Part shown: positions 1-8,519 of the stretch, in pieces
Numbering within the stretch: position 1 is the stretch's first letter
Layout: the number at the start of each line of letters is the position of its first letter
Source: a virus
Lineage: Duplodnaviria; Caudoviricetes
DNA length: 31,292 bases
Virus record (IMG/VR): IMGVR_UViG_3300010234_000046
Span: 1 to 31,292 of that record
Strand: one strand, 5' to 3'
Made by a program: the position numbers and the translations under genes
Notes under the pieces: generated by a model
The model's input: only the letters and a program-made list of their open reading frames with translations
Told to the model about the DNA's origin: nothing
The model's database searches: none

Positions 1-69
1 GTTGTACCCTGCGGCCATTACAGGCTCTTCTTTGGGGCTGTAGGTATTCCAGACAACGACAATCACCAT
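1..69 (-). CDS. 5' part of a small hypothetical protein (runs off window)
   Basis: ATG at 69 preceded by AATAGGGACG SD-like; reads MVIVVVWNTYSPKEEPVMAAGYN with no stop; not in the ORF track. Confidence 0.5.
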   Translation of the reverse strand, partial: MVIVVVWNTYSPKEEPVMAAGYN

Positions 70-80
70 TTTAAACGTCC

Positions 81-242
81 CTATTCAGTGTAAGATTTGA
101 CGCCTTCGTCACGTAAGGTTTGGATCATGCTTTCGACATGCTCAAGAATGTGTTCCAAGTCGTCCAGCGTGTCTGCTGCGGGTTGCGATGTGTCTGAATA
201 AAGCTTGTCGATTTCACGCATTGCTGCTTGTCGTTTTGCCAT
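81..242 (-). CDS. small hypothetical protein, 53 aa
   Basis: Manual translation MAKRQAAMREIDKLYSDTSQPAADTLDDLEHILEHVESMIQTLRDEGVKSYTE*, preceded by GAGAGG SD, tiles between neighbours; below the ORF-track cutoff. Confidence 0.7.
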   Translation of the reverse strand: MAKRQAAMREIDKLYSDTSQPAADTLDDLEHILEHVESMIQTLRDEGVKSYTE

Positions 243-268
243 CTTAAACCTCTCAATTACGTCCCTAT

Positions 269-484
269 TTATGCGTCTTCTGAAAAGGCGATTGCATCAC
301 CAATTTGAGCGGCCATTGCGGTGGCGTGAGCGATGCTGCCCTTCATAACTTCAAGGAGACCAAGCGCATCACCATCCAGTTTCGCAACATCTTCAAACTC
401 AGCAATCAAATCGCTTAGTTGCTCAAGAACGGAATCAACCTTGTCTATCGCTGCGCTCTGGTTTGTGGCTTTGAAATCAATCAT
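269..484 (-). CDS. hypothetical acidic helical protein
   Basis: 71 aa ORF, AGGGAG SD, tiles with neighbouring minus-strand genes. Confidence 0.7.
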   Translation of the reverse strand: MIDFKATNQSAAIDKVDSVLEQLSDLIAEFEDVAKLDGDALGLLEVMKGSIAHATAMAAQIGDAIAFSEDA

Positions 485-495
485 CGTTTATCTCC

Positions 496-720
496 CTATT
501 CCTGCGCCCAATTTGTTCCCGACGCGCCCCAATAAAAATCAGTTGTTTCCAACTGTCCATTGTTCGTCACTATTTCGACAATTGCGGTCATCTGCTCGCC
601 TGACGGCGCGTCCCAAATCAATTCGGCCATCGCCTCGTTCCCACCGGCAACTCTCAAAATTGCCTCCATGAGTTCAATAGATGTTTCGCGGCTGTCTGCT
701 GTTTTTACAAAATCGTTCAT
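496..720 (-). CDS. hypothetical early protein
   Basis: 74 aa ORF directly downstream of promoter cassette copy 1. Confidence 0.75.
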   Translation of the reverse strand: MNDFVKTADSRETSIELMEAILRVAGGNEAMAELIWDAPSGEQMTAIVEIVTNNGQLETTDFYWGASGTNWAQE

Positions 721-810
721 GATGTTCTCTTTCTTTCTCTATCTTGTTTCTGACACCTTGATAGCATATGAAAAGGGGGTCGTCAACCCCCTAATTAAAT
801 TTATTTCATG
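718..810 (-). repeat. promoter/stem-loop/RBS cassette copy 1 (PeSL-like)
   Basis: ~93 bp near-identical to 1118-1210; minus strand AT-rich UP tract, GGGGGT-TGACG-ACCCCC-TTTT hairpin, TTGACG-N17-TATCAA, purine-rich leader and ATG. Confidence 0.9.
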
Positions 811-1120
811 CTCTTGCTTTTGCCATAACATCTGCATACCAGATTGGATCAGCTTCTTCCAAAAGACCTAAAGGAGTAGTGTTTTGCTCCATCATGCGAG
901 TGGCATACTCTTCAACTGTGAAGAGTTCCATCACTTTCTTCATTACTTTAGCTTTAGTGAATGGTCCGCGATACTTGAATCTCGCGATGAAGAGGTCTTT
1001 ACCTGTCCCCAAACGAGTTGGATGACAAGGCATTTGATATGTTGGGCGACCTTCGTAATCGCCTTTATATGTCAAGTAACCACCGTGGTATTCGAAAAGG
1101 CTGCGGTTGAACTGTGTCAT
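806..1120 (-). CDS. hypothetical early protein (start corrected to ATG 1120, MTQFNRSLF...)
   Basis: ATG sits at the same position in cassette copy 2 as the ATG of 496..720 in copy 1; the longer ORF-track start lies inside the promoter. Confidence 0.8.
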   Translation of the reverse strand: MTQFNRSLFEYHGGYLTYKGDYEGRPTYQMPCHPTRLGTGKDLFIARFKYRGPFTKAKVMKKVMELFTVEEYATRMMEQNTTPLGLLEEADPIWYADVMAKARA

Positions 1121-1210
1121 GATGTTTTCTTTCTTTCTCTGTCTTGTTTCTGACCCCCTTATGTCATAGAAAAAGGGGGTCGTCAACCCCCTAATTCATT
1201 TTATTTCATG
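1118..1210 (-). repeat. promoter/stem-loop/RBS cassette copy 2 (PeSL-like)
   Basis: 400 bp from copy 1; TTGACG-N17-CATAAG with the same hairpin followed by TTTTT. Confidence 0.9.
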
Positions 1211-1224
1211 TTTTTTTAAAAAGC

Positions 1225-1539
1225 TTACTCTTTCAATGCCCGCGCATTACGTGCAAACATGACTGTCTGTTGTCGACCAGACTTCCCAGGTCGAGTTTCC
1301 TCAGTGCGGTAGACCATTTTCTTTTCAGTCAGGTCTTTGAAACGTGCAGTAACAGTTGAATATGCATAGCCATCTCCAGCGATACGCAACACATCATCCT
1401 GAATACAACCCTGCGGGAACTTTTTGATAATGTGGTACACCATGTTTTCCATGGCAGTAATGTTGATTGATTTCTTAGCTTCAGCCGACGTCACGTGGCC
1501 TTTTTTTGCGTAAAGTTTATATTTCATAGTAGTCTCCAA
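1225..1539 (-). CDS. winged-helix DNA-binding protein
   Basis: STVTARFKDLTEKKMVYRTEETRPGKSGR resembles the recognition helix plus wing of phage wHTH proteins. Confidence 0.6.
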   Translation of the reverse strand: METTMKYKLYAKKGHVTSAEAKKSINITAMENMVYHIIKKFPQGCIQDDVLRIAGDGYAYSTVTARFKDLTEKKMVYRTEETRPGKSGRQQTVMFARNARALKE

Positions 1540-2133
1540 TTATTTAATAATGAAATCGGCCATGGGATCATTCCTATGACCAATGGTAGTTTCACCCTGC
1601 ATTTCACGCGTATCGATATCGCGTCCAAGGATGTAGTTCATGAGCCTCGTCACTTCGAAGGAGAGGTCATCGTGATCGCCGTTGTTATCGATTATAAAGT
1701 CGCACATCCACGGCTCAATTGTGCAACTAGCCTCTGTTTCTGACTCAACGCGGTCTTCCGAATCAACCCAGATCGAAGCATTATACATACCACAGTTTTT
1801 CATAGCGTGAAGTTCTCGTTTGTTACGAAGACCGCAATAGATATCCATTTCATTATAGATCGCCCGACCCAATGTGGTTGGATCATCTCTATTGTACTCT
1901 GTGATCAATGCGTACCATTCCGATCTATGGTTACGCCTATCCGCATAGCATTCATCAACTGTGTTATAACCAAATTTATCCTTCAAGGCTGGAAAGACCA
2001 CCTTATCCGCTAGGAATTTGCTTGAAGAGGTGAACTTGAACCCGTAGTAAATTTCAAGCATCTCGCAGACGGTATCCTTGCCGTGTTCACCATACCCCGT
2101 GACCAAAAGTTTAGGTAGACTCTGTTGCATCAT
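1540..2133 (-). CDS. P-loop deoxynucleoside monophosphate kinase-like protein
   Basis: N-terminal LLVTGYGEHGKDT Walker A, GLR motif, C-terminal DFIIDNNG typical of phage dNMP kinases. Confidence 0.65.
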   Translation of the reverse strand: MMQQSLPKLLVTGYGEHGKDTVCEMLEIYYGFKFTSSSKFLADKVVFPALKDKFGYNTVDECYADRRNHRSEWYALITEYNRDDPTTLGRAIYNEMDIYCGLRNKRELHAMKNCGMYNASIWVDSEDRVESETEASCTIEPWMCDFIIDNNGDHDDLSFEVTRLMNYILGRDIDTREMQGETTIGHRNDPMADFIIK

Positions 2134-2361
2134 TTACTCCGTTAACATAATCATATTAGACCACGTGAGCGCATCCTCTCGCACTTCAGCGAGGGATTTT
2201 TTCCCAGCCGCAGATGTCATTCCGACCATCCGACCTTCTGAATCGTAACGTTTGGTGAGGATATTCTCAGTTCCATGTTCGACCCAAATTTCAATACGTC
2301 CGGACCCATCAACTTTATCATAGGTCTCAACCAATTCTTCACGACTAGTCATCATTTCCAT
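2134..2361 (-). CDS. hypothetical protein
   Basis: 75 aa ORF tiling between thyX and the kinase. Confidence 0.65.
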   Translation of the reverse strand: MEMMTSREELVETYDKVDGSGRIEIWVEHGTENILTKRYDSEGRMVGMTSAAGKKSLAEVREDALTWSNMIMLTE

Positions 2362-3016
2362 TCTCCTTTATTAATGGGAACACGTCGGATAACACGTGTG
2401 CTATTTCACGCACCAAATCCATATGCTCTTTCTGTGTCCCGCTTGCCTTTCGTACTTCTATATAGTGCACCCAAGATCGAAGGGTTCCGTTGACGATAAC
2501 GGTAGACAGCGTATTTCCCTCTGGAAGGACACAACGTGCCTGCTCTTTGGCAATACCATTATCTATAGCCCATTTATAAGCCATCGCGGCTTCATTGATG
2601 ATTTGTTCTTGTTTCATTACCCAAGTTTTCTGAAGATCATCATCAGTTGTATCAATCGAATTCTGACGATTCTTAGGGTCTTGTAAACGAGCGTCCCGCA
2701 CAACAAATCCACAATCCTTCGTAGGATCGGCATACCGCTGTGAAAATTCCTGAAACGAAAATGATCTATGTCTCAGCAATTGTCGTGCGATATCCCGCGT
2801 GGTCGTGACTTCAATTGTAGCCGACGCCATTTCGAGCGGTGACCAATGTTTATGTTTGATCAAATAGCGGATCAGTTTTTCTGATGTATTGGTATTGAAT
2901 TGGTTAGCTGGATTTGATACTCGTGCACAATAAGCAATTAATTCCTGTGCATCGAATATACCCTCTATGGCCAATTGTTTAATAGGTCTGGTCGACCCAA
3001 TCAATCTCGCTTTCAT
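2345..3016 (-). CDS. thyX: flavin-dependent thymidylate synthase
   Basis: HWSPLE and RHRSFSFQEFSQRY ThyX motif, AKEQARCVLP. Confidence 0.97.
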   Translation of the reverse strand: MKARLIGSTRPIKQLAIEGIFDAQELIAYCARVSNPANQFNTNTSEKLIRYLIKHKHWSPLEMASATIEVTTTRDIARQLLRHRSFSFQEFSQRYADPTKDCGFVVRDARLQDPKNRQNSIDTTDDDLQKTWVMKQEQIINEAAMAYKWAIDNGIAKEQARCVLPEGNTLSTVIVNGTLRSWVHYIEVRKASGTQKEHMDLVREIAHVLSDVFPLIKENGNDD

Positions 3017-3024
3017 TACTACTC

Positions 3025-4431
3025 CTATGCCTCTATTTTGAAATCTCTGAACCGTGAACTGATATTACTGTTGTCGAACGGGGGGGGATCATCCCCCATC
3101 GGATGACCAGCATCCACCAGACGTGTGTCTTCGATCGGTGAATCGAACAAACGCATTTTTGTCCTGTCGATACCGACCGCGAAACGCTTAAATATGGTCG
3201 TATCGTTATAGCGATTCTTCAATTGCTTGAACACAACCTTACCGTCGTTCTCCAAATCTTCATTCGACATCATTGCAATCATAAGATCAGCCGTTGCTGG
3301 CAAACCAAAAGATTCAGATGTATCACCCAAATCGATATCTGTACTGTCGAACCCAGAACGAGTAACCTGCGTTGCGGTCATGATCGGAACATTATGCTCA
3401 ACTCCAAGACCCCGCAACTCTTCTGCAATCGATTTGATCAGGGAGTAAGTATTAATGGACCCCCCCATCTTCATACGTGAAGATGCACAGATGTTCAGAT
3501 AGTCCACATAAATAATATCCGGAACGAACTGTTTCTTCAGTTTCAGTTCAGTCAACAGTGCCCGAAAATGTGAAGAATTGGCCGACCCCGTAGGATACTC
3601 TTTAATGATCAGATTACCCTCCGTCTTCTTTTTGATGCTACTAATCCGACTACTGAACATGTCCCTCGACAACGATTTGATTTCGTTAATATCGATATCC
3701 ATCAGATTGGCATCGATGCGCTCAGCAATCATTTCCTCAGACATTTCCATAGTGATATATAAAACGTTACTACCCGCCGAAATGTTGGCCGCAGCCATAT
3801 GGCACATCGCAAGCGATTTACCCACGCCCGTGCCCGCGAGGATAACGTTTAGGGTTTTGACCGCCACACCACCTTGAGTAATAGTGTTGAGCAATTCAAT
3901 ATCAAATGGAACCTTTATTGCATCAGTATGATAGTAATCGTACCGTGCTTGTGCATCATCAATATAGCTATGACCAATATTAGTATCAAAGCTAATAGAC
4001 AAAGCATCAGTCAGAATTGAGGGGATCGCGGTCTTGGTTAATTCTTCATGTTTGCCATCAATGATCGCAATCGATTCCATAATCGAATTGTAAAGAGCTT
4101 TATCCTGACACCATTTTTCCGTAGTGTTAAGAAGCCACTCTTCATCCACATTTTCATTACTAAAAAGATCAGGTAGAATTTCAATACCAGATCGATAATT
4201 TTCATCTGACCATTTGTCACTATTATCAATTTCAACTTTGAACGCCTCCATCGTAGGAAGCTTATTATATTTCATTACATATTGACCAAGCTCAGTATAC
4301 ATAACCTTGTATACGCCTTCGAAATATGAGGTCTTGACGAACGGGAGCACTTTTCTCATATACTTTTCATCCGTCATGATATTCCGAAGAATGGTCTGTT
4401 CGGTATTAATACCAGATGCATTCATATGCAC
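3025..4431 (-). CDS. 41: replicative DnaB-like helicase (T4 gp41); start may be ATG 4425
   Basis: LAGTGVGKS Walker A, YITMEMSEE, IYVDYLNI, SESFGLPATAD, KQLKNRY. Confidence 0.96.
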   Translation of the reverse strand: MHMNASGINTEQTILRNIMTDEKYMRKVLPFVKTSYFEGVYKVMYTELGQYVMKYNKLPTMEAFKVEIDNSDKWSDENYRSGIEILPDLFSNENVDEEWLLNTTEKWCQDKALYNSIMESIAIIDGKHEELTKTAIPSILTDALSISFDTNIGHSYIDDAQARYDYYHTDAIKVPFDIELLNTITQGGVAVKTLNVILAGTGVGKSLAMCHMAAANISAGSNVLYITMEMSEEMIAERIDANLMDIDINEIKSLSRDMFSSRISSIKKKTEGNLIIKEYPTGSANSSHFRALLTELKLKKQFVPDIIYVDYLNICASSRMKMGGSINTYSLIKSIAEELRGLGVEHNVPIMTATQVTRSGFDSTDIDLGDTSESFGLPATADLMIAMMSNEDLENDGKVVFKQLKNRYNDTTIFKRFAVGIDRTKMRLFDSPIEDTRLVDAGHPMGDDPPPFDNSNISSRFRDFKIEA

Positions 4432-4456
4432 ACCACTCCATTATAACATAACCAAC

Positions 4457-4485
4457 ATTATACCATATTATGGCATAGCCCGCAA
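4457..4485 (-). promoter_or_regulatory. sigma70-type promoter for gp41
   Basis: TTGCGG-N17-TATAAT with extended -10 (TATGGTATAAT). Confidence 0.75.
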
Positions 4486-4490
4486 CCCTA

Positions 4491-4808
4491 TCACCAAGCC
4501 GACGGGCCGAATCCTCTATAACTTTTCGTCTTTTTAGTGGTCTCGACCGTCTTATCCTGCTCATGTAAAATGCTTGATATGATATCACCAACAACTGGAG
4601 ATATTTCCAGATTGGTTGAATCACTGGGGTTCACCATTACTTCAAAGTTGTATTTCAGATCGAAATCGTCTTCCCCACGGGGTACTGCCTCTAGTACCCC
4701 GATTCTAATAACGGTTTCCACGAACTCACCAACTAAAATTCGCACATCCCAACCATCATCTTCGACTGGAATGAATTCATAGTCGATATTTTCCCTGAGA
4801 TTACTCAT
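4491..4808 (-). CDS. hypothetical protein at the T4 gp40 position (start corrected to MSNLRENID)
   Basis: ATG 4808 overlaps the end of uvsX; lies between uvsX and 41 as gp40 does in T4 (positional inference only). Confidence 0.65.
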   Translation of the reverse strand: MSNLRENIDYEFIPVEDDGWDVRILVGEFVETVIRIGVLEAVPRGEDDFDLKYNFEVMVNPSDSTNLEISPVVGDIISSILHEQDKTVETTKKTKSYRGFGPSAW

Positions 4809-5859
4809 CCCCAACTTCCTCTGGATCATCACCGTAGTCGACTGCCAAAGAATCAGGTGCCTTATATTTACTCTCAACGAACTCAGAGAACGCAGGATCG
4901 GCGAAAATCGATTTCCAGAAATCGCCATTCAGCGTATCCTTCTCTCGACATTTAGGCTCGATCAATTCACCAGTTTCCTGATCAACCTTACAGTACCACC
5001 CATTTGATGGTTTGCTTACAAATCCACCATCCAAGGCCACATCCAACAATCCACTGAACTGTTGAATACCACCTTCCCAACTCACAGAGATAGGAATTTT
5101 GGACTTCTCGCGCACGAACCGTGACTTCTCGACATTGATAATGAAGTGATAACCCTTAATATCTGTCCCTACTTTATCCTGTTGGCGTCCGATAATCCAA
5201 ATCGTATCAGCCGAATAATAGATACCAGTACCGCCAGATACGACATCCTTTGGATATAAACCGATTTCTTTATATGTATGGTTGATCGCTAACATCGGAA
5301 CTTCCTTCTGCTTCAGCATAGGTGTGACCATGCGGAACACACTTTTAAACGCCTTTGCGCGGGACATATCAGCCACCGACTTCTCATTCAAAGCATCCTC
5401 TGTCTCCTTCAATGAAGCCAAGTTACCTATAGAATCGACAACGATAATCACGTCATCATCTTTGCCGATTTGCTCTTTCAATTGCTCAACAACGTCAAAC
5501 TTGAATTCTTCAGCATTCGTAATCGGGATATGTAGAACACGATCTGTATCGATTCCGAAATTCTTGAAGTATGACTGAGGTGACCCAAATTCTGAATCGT
5601 AGAATAGCATAATAGAGTCAGGTTTGGCTTTCAAATAGGCACCCGCCATGAGCAATGCAAATGACGTTTTAAAATGCTTACTAGGTCCAGCCAGAACAGT
5701 CAGCCCTGGAATAAGACCGCCAGTCAAACTGCCACTCAGCGCAACGTTAATCATAGGCACGCTCGTAGAAACCATATCCTCACTAGTGAACACCCTCGAT
5801 TTCGTCAATACTCTAGCGTCTAGTTTTGATGCCTTTTTGCACCGGTCCATAATATTCAT
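4801..5859 (-). CDS. uvsX: RecA-like recombinase UvsX
   Basis: LAGPSKHFKT, FYDSEFG, DSIGNLAS, SVADMSRAK, VVSGGTGIYYSA, KSRFVREKSKIP. Confidence 0.97.
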   Translation of the reverse strand: MNIMDRCKKASKLDARVLTKSRVFTSEDMVSTSVPMINVALSGSLTGGLIPGLTVLAGPSKHFKTSFALLMAGAYLKAKPDSIMLFYDSEFGSPQSYFKNFGIDTDRVLHIPITNAEEFKFDVVEQLKEQIGKDDDVIIVVDSIGNLASLKETEDALNEKSVADMSRAKAFKSVFRMVTPMLKQKEVPMLAINHTYKEIGLYPKDVVSGGTGIYYSADTIWIIGRQQDKVGTDIKGYHFIINVEKSRFVREKSKIPISVSWEGGIQQFSGLLDVALDGGFVSKPSNGWYCKVDQETGELIEPKCREKDTLNGDFWKSIFADPAFSEFVESKYKAPDSLAVDYGDDPEEVGDE

Positions 5860-5892
5860 TCATTGTTTCCTTATTGCTTCGAATGATTACGT

Positions 5893-5921
5893 ATTATACC
5901 ATATTTTCACTATTATGTATA
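5893..5921 (-). promoter_or_regulatory. sigma70-type promoter for uvsX
   Basis: TATACA-N17-TATAAT with TATGGTATAAT extended -10. Confidence 0.7.
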
Positions 5922-6848
5922 GTAGGACATGTACCATTCATGAAATTTCCTAACCCCTTCGGCCATGTCGACCGTCGGATTCCAACCAAGTTTCTGTAGC
6001 TTGGTGGTATCCGACCACGTTTCAACCGCATCCGCTGGATGTTTAGGTGCGAATACGACATCAGCCTGAACTTCACAATTACGCTCAATCTCTCTAACAA
6101 AATCCATGAGATCAGATTGTTTTCCATTACCCACACAATATAGGTCACGCTTAGTCATATTATTACTAACGCTGAAAATAGCCGAAACCACATCGTCAAT
6201 GTACGTAAAGTCCCGCTTCATCTCACCATTGTTGAAAACTGTAATCTTATTACCAGCAAGAATGTTCTTGGTGAAATCTAATAGCGCCATATCAGGCCGA
6301 CCCCATGGGCCATAGACCGTGAAAAATCTTAGACCGACCGCGTTTGGAATTTTACTAATTGCAAATTGCTGTTCGCTACACGCTTTGGTGTATCCATATG
6401 GACTCAAGGCTGGATTTAGTTTATCGGTCTCATTCCACGGAAGGGGATTATCGTGCATGACGCACGACGTACTCGCGTATATCACGTCTTGGACACCCAA
6501 AGCTTCGCAGGCATCAATAACATTTTGACTGCCCACGATGTTATTGTTGATATAATCCATTGGATTATCCATGGAATGTCTAACGCCCGCGTATGCAGCC
6601 AGATGAATCACCAAATCAGGCCTGTTGATACCCATCACGACTTGTAGCCCTACAGGCTGGAGATGGATATCCAAATCATGTACACCGATTTCATTTTCAC
6701 GAAGTAGATTTGCACGATCATGCTTGAGTTTAGGGTCGTAATAATCATTGAAATTATCAATCCCCTCAACATCAAACCCCTGAGACTTATATTTCAATGC
6801 CGTATGGTAACCAATGAACCCCGCAATACCTGTGATAAAAACCTTCAT
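5913..6848 (-). CDS. NAD-dependent epimerase, UDP-glucuronate 4-epimerase (WcaG/CapI-like)
   Basis: ITGIAGFIG Rossmann, HLAAYAGVR, YGYTK YxxxK, RFFTVYGPWGRPDMA, RDFTYIDD; start at MKVF gives an ATGA overlap. Confidence 0.92.
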   Translation of the reverse strand: MKVFITGIAGFIGYHTALKYKSQGFDVEGIDNFNDYYDPKLKHDRANLLRENEIGVHDLDIHLQPVGLQVVMGINRPDLVIHLAAYAGVRHSMDNPMDYINNNIVGSQNVIDACEALGVQDVIYASTSCVMHDNPLPWNETDKLNPALSPYGYTKACSEQQFAISKIPNAVGLRFFTVYGPWGRPDMALLDFTKNILAGNKITVFNNGEMKRDFTYIDDVVSAIFSVSNNMTKRDLYCVGNGKQSDLMDFVREIERNCEVQADVVFAPKHPADAVETWSDTTKLQKLGWNPTVDMAEGVRKFHEWYMSYYT

Positions 6849-7054
6849 ACCTTTTCCACCCAATCGTAACAGTCCACCAAAGGATGGTGGTATTTCATTG
6901 TATCAGGAGTCATGATCGGTGCAATAATGTCCACACGTGGCGGCTCAGATTTATTCCAACGGCGACCCATGAACACCCATTCGTTGTTCTCATCATATTG
7001 AGCAATTTCGACATTGCCACCACTGCTATGATTGATTATCCAATAGTATCTCAT
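6845..7054 (-). CDS. hypothetical protein
   Basis: 69 aa ORF with 4-nt overlaps on both sides. Confidence 0.7.
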   Translation of the reverse strand: MRYYWIINHSSGGNVEIAQYDENNEWVFMGRRWNKSEPPRVDIIAPIMTPDTMKYHHPLVDCYDWVEKV

Positions 7055-7617
7055 TTCATTTCCTTTCCCACAATGCGGTAATCGTCAGACATAAATCTAA
7101 GATATTCATCGATTTCGTCTACCTCACACACAGTCCCATCTGCCCACTCAGCATGGGGCGATGATGAGTGGTCAACATCATTAATTATGTTATTCAAAGT
7201 ATACTCCTGACCGACACGTTCGCGCAATTCTGACGATGACCACGAATGGTCTCTTGTGTTGTACCTAATATCGATACCCAAATCATTACCTGTGAAATCC
7301 TTATTCAAATATTCTAATCCGACAAATCTAACGTCAATCGGCTGTGTCACTAATAGGTTGAGCAGATCGGCCTCAGTTGAGTATGGAATGATATGATCGA
7401 CGTATTTACAGCCCCTCAACTGAACCCACCGTTCATATACGCTCTGTACTGGTCGGTGTTTGTTGGTGCGGTCAACACTTGGATCAACCTGAAGCCCCAC
7501 GATTAAAACATCACAAAGACCCTTACACTCCTCAAGCATTAGGACATGACCAGCATGTAGCAAATCGAATGTTGAGCAGGTAAAGCCCACCCTTCCAGCA
7601 TCTAAAATATCAATCAT
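7051..7617 (-). CDS. cytidylyltransferase (TagD/RfaE-like) with C-terminal extension
   Basis: FDLLHAGH HxGH motif, LIVGL, R-x-H-x-W-SSSELR. Confidence 0.88.
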   Translation of the reverse strand: MIDILDAGRVGFTCSTFDLLHAGHVLMLEECKGLCDVLIVGLQVDPSVDRTNKHRPVQSVYERWVQLRGCKYVDHIIPYSTEADLLNLLVTQPIDVRFVGLEYLNKDFTGNDLGIDIRYNTRDHSWSSSELRERVGQEYTLNNIINDVDHSSSPHAEWADGTVCEVDEIDEYLRFMSDDYRIVGKEMK

Positions 7618-8519
7618 TTGAATTTAACTCCTTGTGACTTTTCCCTATCATCCAATTCATACTTAGAGCGAATCTTGTTGTTGATTTTCGATACGACTTC
7701 GAGTAATGGAAACTTCGTAAATTTGATCAGGGCATTCACGTCTTTCGGAAAGCACGCTCCACCATAACCGTTCTTCAAATCAGGTCCGGGCACGAATGTA
7801 TGACTGGCCCCAATCCGATCATCACCACCCATCACACGGGCGATTTTGTCATACGACGCGCCGTCAAAATTCTCAACGACATCTTTAAACTGGTTAAACC
7901 AAATGATTTTGGATGCCAGATATGAATTGATCCCGTACTTGATAAATGATGCTTCAGCGGCGGAGACTTGGTGAACAGGGCAGGATGCACAGATAGACAT
8001 CTCATCATAAACCCGCGCACAGATCGAAGTGGCCACCGGATAACCACCAAATACATGCATAGGTGGATTAACAAAATCAGTCATCGCGCTTCGTTCAGTT
8101 AGAAACTCAGGATTGTAAACGAAGTACAGACTCTCATAGTTATCGAACCTGTCCTGTATAACGTCCACTAGGTCTGGAGTAAGAGTGGACTTCAGAACAA
8201 TCAGATGATCTTTCATCTCTGTGCTTAGTGTTTGGAACGGTGCAAAGTGCCGGATATCTTTAAGATATTGGTCATAATCATCAATAATTTTATCGACAAC
8301 GCTCTCGACTATACTACCGTCAACTGACCCATCTTTTCCCATGGGAGTCGGAACGCAGATAAAGACGACCTGCTCAGCATGGAAATCGAGGCGTTCGTCC
8401 GACACATATTTTTTGCTTCGTTTCCTTGCGTAAATCGGGTCGAATACCCGTTTGACGTGTTTACCGAAACCATATTCGACGGCTTTACCGACAAAGCCGT
8501 GCCCAAAAATAGTAACCAT
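7614..8519 (-). CDS. ugd: UDP-glucose/GDP-mannose 6-dehydrogenase family, lacking the C-terminal domain
   Basis: GHGFVG, FICVPTP, LKST, YNPEFL, KYGINSYLA, catalytic GYGGACFPKD; only 301 aa. Confidence 0.88.
   Translation of the reverse strand: MVTIFGHGFVGKAVEYGFGKHVKRVFDPIYARKRSKKYVSDERLDFHAEQVVFICVPTPMGKDGSVDGSIVESVVDKIIDDYDQYLKDIRHFAPFQTLSTEMKDHLIVLKSTLTPDLVDVIQDRFDNYESLYFVYNPEFLTERSAMTDFVNPPMHVFGGYPVATSICARVYDEMSICASCPVHQVSAAEASFIKYGINSYLASKIIWFNQFKDVVENFDGASYDKIARVMGGDDRIGASHTFVPGPDLKNGYGGACFPKDVNALIKFTKFPLLEVVSKINNKIRSKYELDDREKSQGVKFK

Noticed and set aside
3080-3097. G8 run and GGGGGAT-C-ATCCCCC inverted repeat as a phase-variation site or terminator
   Set aside because: Lies in the helicase C-terminal coding region (GDDPPP) with the frame intact and no U-tract; explained by codons
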